Of a stretch of DNA of 64,000 nucleotides, positions 60,807 to 64,000 are shown in pieces. The first letter of the stretch is position 1, and each line of letters starts with the position of its first letter. The stretch is from positions 5,518,001-5,582,000 of the forward strand of contig CAKKNE010000001.1 in NCBI GenBank assembly GCA_918797485.1, read 5' to 3'. The position numbers were made by a program, and so were the translations under genes. The notes below the pieces were generated by a model. The model was not told where the DNA came from, did no database searches, and was given only the letters and a program-made list of their open reading frames with translations. The DNA comes from Pelagomonas calceolata. Its lineage: Eukaryota.

Positions 60807-62813
60807 ATGGCCTCCGCCTCCTACAGCCTCCCGCAAAAAATCCTCGACGAGATGATCGTCGACGAGGGCCCCGAGGGCCGCGACATTACCGGAGACGGCA
60901 CCGTGCTCTTCCACCGCACGAAGCGGCGCGACGCGCCCGTCATCGGCAAGCGGCACCCGAAACAGGGCGACGAGTGCATCGTACGGTGGCGCGAGCGCTG
61001 GACCGACGGCATGAACATTTCGGACGGCGACGAGCCCTGCATCGTCGGAACGCAGAGCACGCACGTAGTAGGGGAGAATACAATACCTTACGAGCCCCCC
61101 GGCATCCACGACGCGTTGCCGCTCATGGAGATCGGCGATACGGTCCGCCTGCGCCTGCACGTGTCCAAGACTTCCAACCGATTGGAGCCGGCGGCGTGTG
61201 AATTAGAGCTGGTTACGTTTTATAGAGTAGACGACTGCGACGGCCTGAAGCGAAAGGTCGCGCGGCATAATGAAGAGCTTTACAAGGGCATCACGCCCCT
61301 CGCCGACGTGTCCGTGCGAAAGTCTGTAGTAGAGGGCTTCTCGGCTTTTAAATTAGCGGCCGCCGGGGCTTTGGTAGATGCACCCGAAGGTGCCGAGGCG
61401 TATAGAGGGCGAGCGCGCGATTTTGAGTTAGGGAACGCCTTGAACGGGCTCTGCGAGGGCGACATCGCGTTGGTCGAAGCGGGCGATATGATACATAGAC
61501 TCGACGTCGAGCGCGTGCGGCCGGTCGTCGACTGTTCGGAAGAGGGCGACGAGTCCGTGCTCAAGCTTGAAATTAGTGCGCCGGCGCACTCGGAGCCAGC
61601 TGTTAGGGGCACAAAGGGCGACGTGAAGTTGAGAGTAGCGTCGGGCCTCTGGGTCATTGATGACGAGATCGTCGGCGACGTCGAATGCACGCCATCTGTC
61701 GGCGCTGAACCCCAATTCATGGCGCTAGCATCGCTATCTCCACCTCTCAGATTAGCAGTAGCGAAAATGGCCGTCGACGAAACGGCCGAGGTCACCCATG
61801 TCGATGCAGGGAGAAGCGATGATGCGGAAGCGCGGTACCGTGTCATCCTCGAAGGCGTCCGGAACGCCGTCGACCTTGATGACGGCGTCGCGTACAAGGT
61901 CCTGAATACTGGTTCAAAGGGGCCCTGCCCCGAACCGTTGGATGACGTCGTCGTTTGCGTGGAAGAGATGGACGTAACTACATTACCGCTGAACCTGACG
62001 TGGACGCTCGACGATGATGATGAAAATGTTGCGGGCGCGGCGCTCGAACAAGTGGTGGGGAAGCTGCGCCCCGGTGAAAGAGCCAGCGTGGACTTTAATG
62101 GCAAGGGCCCCATGGATTCTACAAAAGGCGTCGTGACGCTCGAGAGAATTCATAGGCGCCAGGCGCTGATCGACCTGAAGCCGCGCCAGCGCATCGAGCG
62201 GGCCGCGGACATGAAGGCCCGCGGGAACCGGGCCTTCGCTTCCAGAGATTTCGCCAAGGCCGTCCGGCGGTACGGTGGTGGCATCGACGCCGCTGCGAAA
62301 GACCTGGAACCGGACCTCGACGACGAAGCCATTCAACAGAGACGATCGTTAGCGAGCGCATTGTATCTCAACCGGGCCGCGGCGCGGTTAGAAGTGAAAG
62401 AGTTCAAGCTGGCGCTTTCAGACTGCGACGAGGTTTTAGAAAGCGAGCCGCGCCACGCCAAGGCCCTGTACCGGCGCGGCCGGTGCTGCCTCGAAATGGA
62501 CGACTGGGCCGCGGCGAAGCAGGCCTTTGCGAGCGTGCTTGAAGTCGACGCTTCCAATAAAGACGCGCGGCGCGGGCTGCAGCGCGTCCGGGACGCGGTT
62601 AGAAGGCAGAAGGCCTTGGACAAGGCGCGGTTCGGGGGCAAGACCGTGGCCAAGGGCTTCTCCGAGGCGCGGCCCGCGCCGGCGGCGCCGGCGGTGGCGA
62701 AGCCGCCCGAGCCGACCCCGGCGAACCGGCGTTCCGCGGCGACGGCTGGGCTGGTCATCGCTGGGATGTTTGTTGCGGTGGCGGCGATTGGGTGGTATGG
62801 CCTACTTGGATAA
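60807..62813 (+). CDS. Multi-FKBP-like + TPR protein with a C-terminal membrane anchor
   Basis: Degenerate FKBP units (DITGDGTV..PKQGDECIV; GIHDALPLMEIGD; LEQVVGKLRPGERASV), TPRs (KARGNRAF, LNRAAARL, KALYRRG) and a hydrophobic tail. Confidence 0.8.
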   Translation: MASASYSLPQKILDEMIVDEGPEGRDITGDGTVLFHRTKRRDAPVIGKRHPKQGDECIVRWRERWTDGMNISDGDEPCIVGTQSTHVVGENTIPYEPPGIHDALPLMEIGDTVRLRLHVSKTSNRLEPAACELELVTFYRVDDCDGLKRKVARHNEELYKGITPLADVSVRKSVVEGFSAFKLAAAGALVDAPEGAEAYRGRARDFELGNALNGLCEGDIALVEAGDMIHRLDVERVRPVVDCSEEGDESVLKLEISAPAHSEPAVRGTKGDVKLRVASGLWVIDDEIVGDVECTPSVGAEPQFMALASLSPPLRLAVAKMAVDETAEVTHVDAGRSDDAEARYRVILEGVRNAVDLDDGVAYKVLNTGSKGPCPEPLDDVVVCVEEMDVTTLPLNLTWTLDDDDENVAGAALEQVVGKLRPGERASVDFNGKGPMDSTKGVVTLERIHRRQALIDLKPRQRIERAADMKARGNRAFASRDFAKAVRRYGGGIDAAAKDLEPDLDDEAIQQRRSLASALYLNRAAARLEVKEFKLALSDCDEVLESEPRHAKALYRRGRCCLEMDDWAAAKQAFASVLEVDASNKDARRGLQRVRDAVRRQKALDKARFGGKTVAKGFSEARPAPAAPAVAKPPEPTPANRRSAATAGLVIAGMFVAVAAIGWYGLLG

Positions 62814-62827
62814 CTTTAAATTTATGA

Positions 62828-64000
62828 TCACAACAACCACACGGGCTCCAAGCCCGGCAACGCCGCGTCGCGGCGCCGCGCCCACGCTTTACGGTCCCAC
62901 GTCTCCCACGCGTCGCCGTCGGGCCACGCGCAGAGGACGGTGCGCACCCACGGGCCCAGGGGCATCGTTCCCAAGACGCAGAGACCTGGCCAGTGCCTTT
63001 GCGCGATCTCGAGCGATTTCTCGTCAAGCAGTAGCGAAGCGCGGCCCGTCGGTCGGAGCACGCGCCGCATCTCGGAAAACGATTTCGCGTAGAGCGCGTC
63101 GAGGCCGTCTTGAGCCGTATATTGCCGGTCGAAGGGCGGACAACTCACGACGGCGTCGACGCTGCCATCTTCCAAGGGCAGCGCCGTCGCCGAGCCGTGC
63201 AGTAACGTCGCGTTACTACCGAGGTTGTTCGCCGCCGCGTCAAGTTGTGCCGGGTCCGAGTCGACGCCGATCACCGAGGCCCCCGGCCAGCAGAGCTGAG
63301 CCTCGGCAAGGAAGGTCGCTTTGCCGCAGAAGGGATCTAAGACCACGTCGCCCGGCTTTATTCGTGCGGCTTGCGCCACGACGTAGCTCTCGAGGCGCCG
63401 AAACCCCGGGCAGGGCAAGTCCCGATCCATGCGCTGCTTCAGCGCCAGGAGCTCGACCAGGACGCCTTCTTCGTGCAGCGTGACCTGAATCTCGACGGCC
63501 GCTCTTTCCCGCCGCGGCTCGGGCGTCAGCGCCTCCGGCAGGCGAAGGGCTAGAGCGCGCCGCAGCGGCGGCGAGATGCCCGCGGGCGCCCAGACCGCCG
63601 TCGTGTGTCGCTTGCATCTGACATGGGCGGGCAACGGCGCCGTGACAGCGTTGCCGAACGCGGACCACGCGTCGAGCGCAGCGCTCCACTCGGTGTGCTC
63701 GAGGATGGCGTCGGCTAGGTTTGTCGCGTCGGGCACGCTTGGGAGCACGCCGGCACGTGTCGCATACGACGGTAGGTCAGCCGCAACGATCCGTACCGAG
63801 AGCGGGCCGCGCAGCACGCGATGCCACTCTTTGCGTGGTGGGGCGTCGTCGCCCGGCTTAAAGAACACGCGGCCGCCCAGCTCACTTTTGTCAATGCGAC
63901 CGATCCGGCGGCGAATGCGGCCGCGTGCGTCATTGTTTACGGGTGCTCTCGGGTTGGGTGATGGCAGCACTGCAGAGTAGCGCAATGCGCTGCACACTGC
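62828..64000 (-). CDS. THUMP/UPF0020-type RNA methyltransferase; the start may lie at or beyond the window edge
   Basis: VVLDPFCGKATFLAEA SAM-binding motif, LPLEDGSVDAVVSCPPF and EMRRVLRP.GR. Confidence 0.8.
   Translation of the reverse strand, partial: AVCSALRYSAVLPSPNPRAPVNNDARGRIRRRIGRIDKSELGGRVFFKPGDDAPPRKEWHRVLRGPLSVRIVAADLPSYATRAGVLPSVPDATNLADAILEHTEWSAALDAWSAFGNAVTAPLPAHVRCKRHTTAVWAPAGISPPLRRALALRLPEALTPEPRRERAAVEIQVTLHEEGVLVELLALKQRMDRDLPCPGFRRLESYVVAQAARIKPGDVVLDPFCGKATFLAEAQLCWPGASVIGVDSDPAQLDAAANNLGSNATLLHGSATALPLEDGSVDAVVSCPPFDRQYTAQDGLDALYAKSFSEMRRVLRPTGRASLLLDEKSLEIAQRHWPGLCVLGTMPLGPWVRTVLCAWPDGDAWETWDRKAWARRRDAALPGLEPVWLL

Overview
This is gene-dense, GC-rich eukaryotic nuclear DNA. 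ASAFAP-type plastid presequences, introner-like introns and MYND-RING-TPR, ankyrin and AP2 genes point to a photosynthetic stramenopile, most likely a pelagophyte such as Pelagomonas (inference). About 36 protein-coding genes can be called, including Z-ISO, YAF9, ATG18, HOP2, UBC4, CSN1, MetAP2, an oxidoreductase-SelD fusion, BASS2, a tandem ArsA/GET3, AsnRS, NDUFV1 and MTR kinase. Three non-coding signals stand out. (1) The single 784-nt intron of the BASS2-like gene holds five tightly packed same-strand tRNA genes plus an orphan 3' tRNA half. Two of the tRNAs, Ser-UGA and Leu-UAG, carry archaeal-type bulge-helix introns at non-canonical positions (T arm 53/54 and D loop 20/21). (2) A 22-25-bp CTAG-bounded motif (GCTAGTGYSTTAC-N-CGCTAGC) occurs 17 times, only in intergenic DNA and mostly between divergent genes. 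(3) Four spliceosomal introns look like introner DNA-transposon insertions, with CTGTG...CACAG inverted ends and roughly 8-bp target-site duplications. All calls were made by eye, with no database searches.
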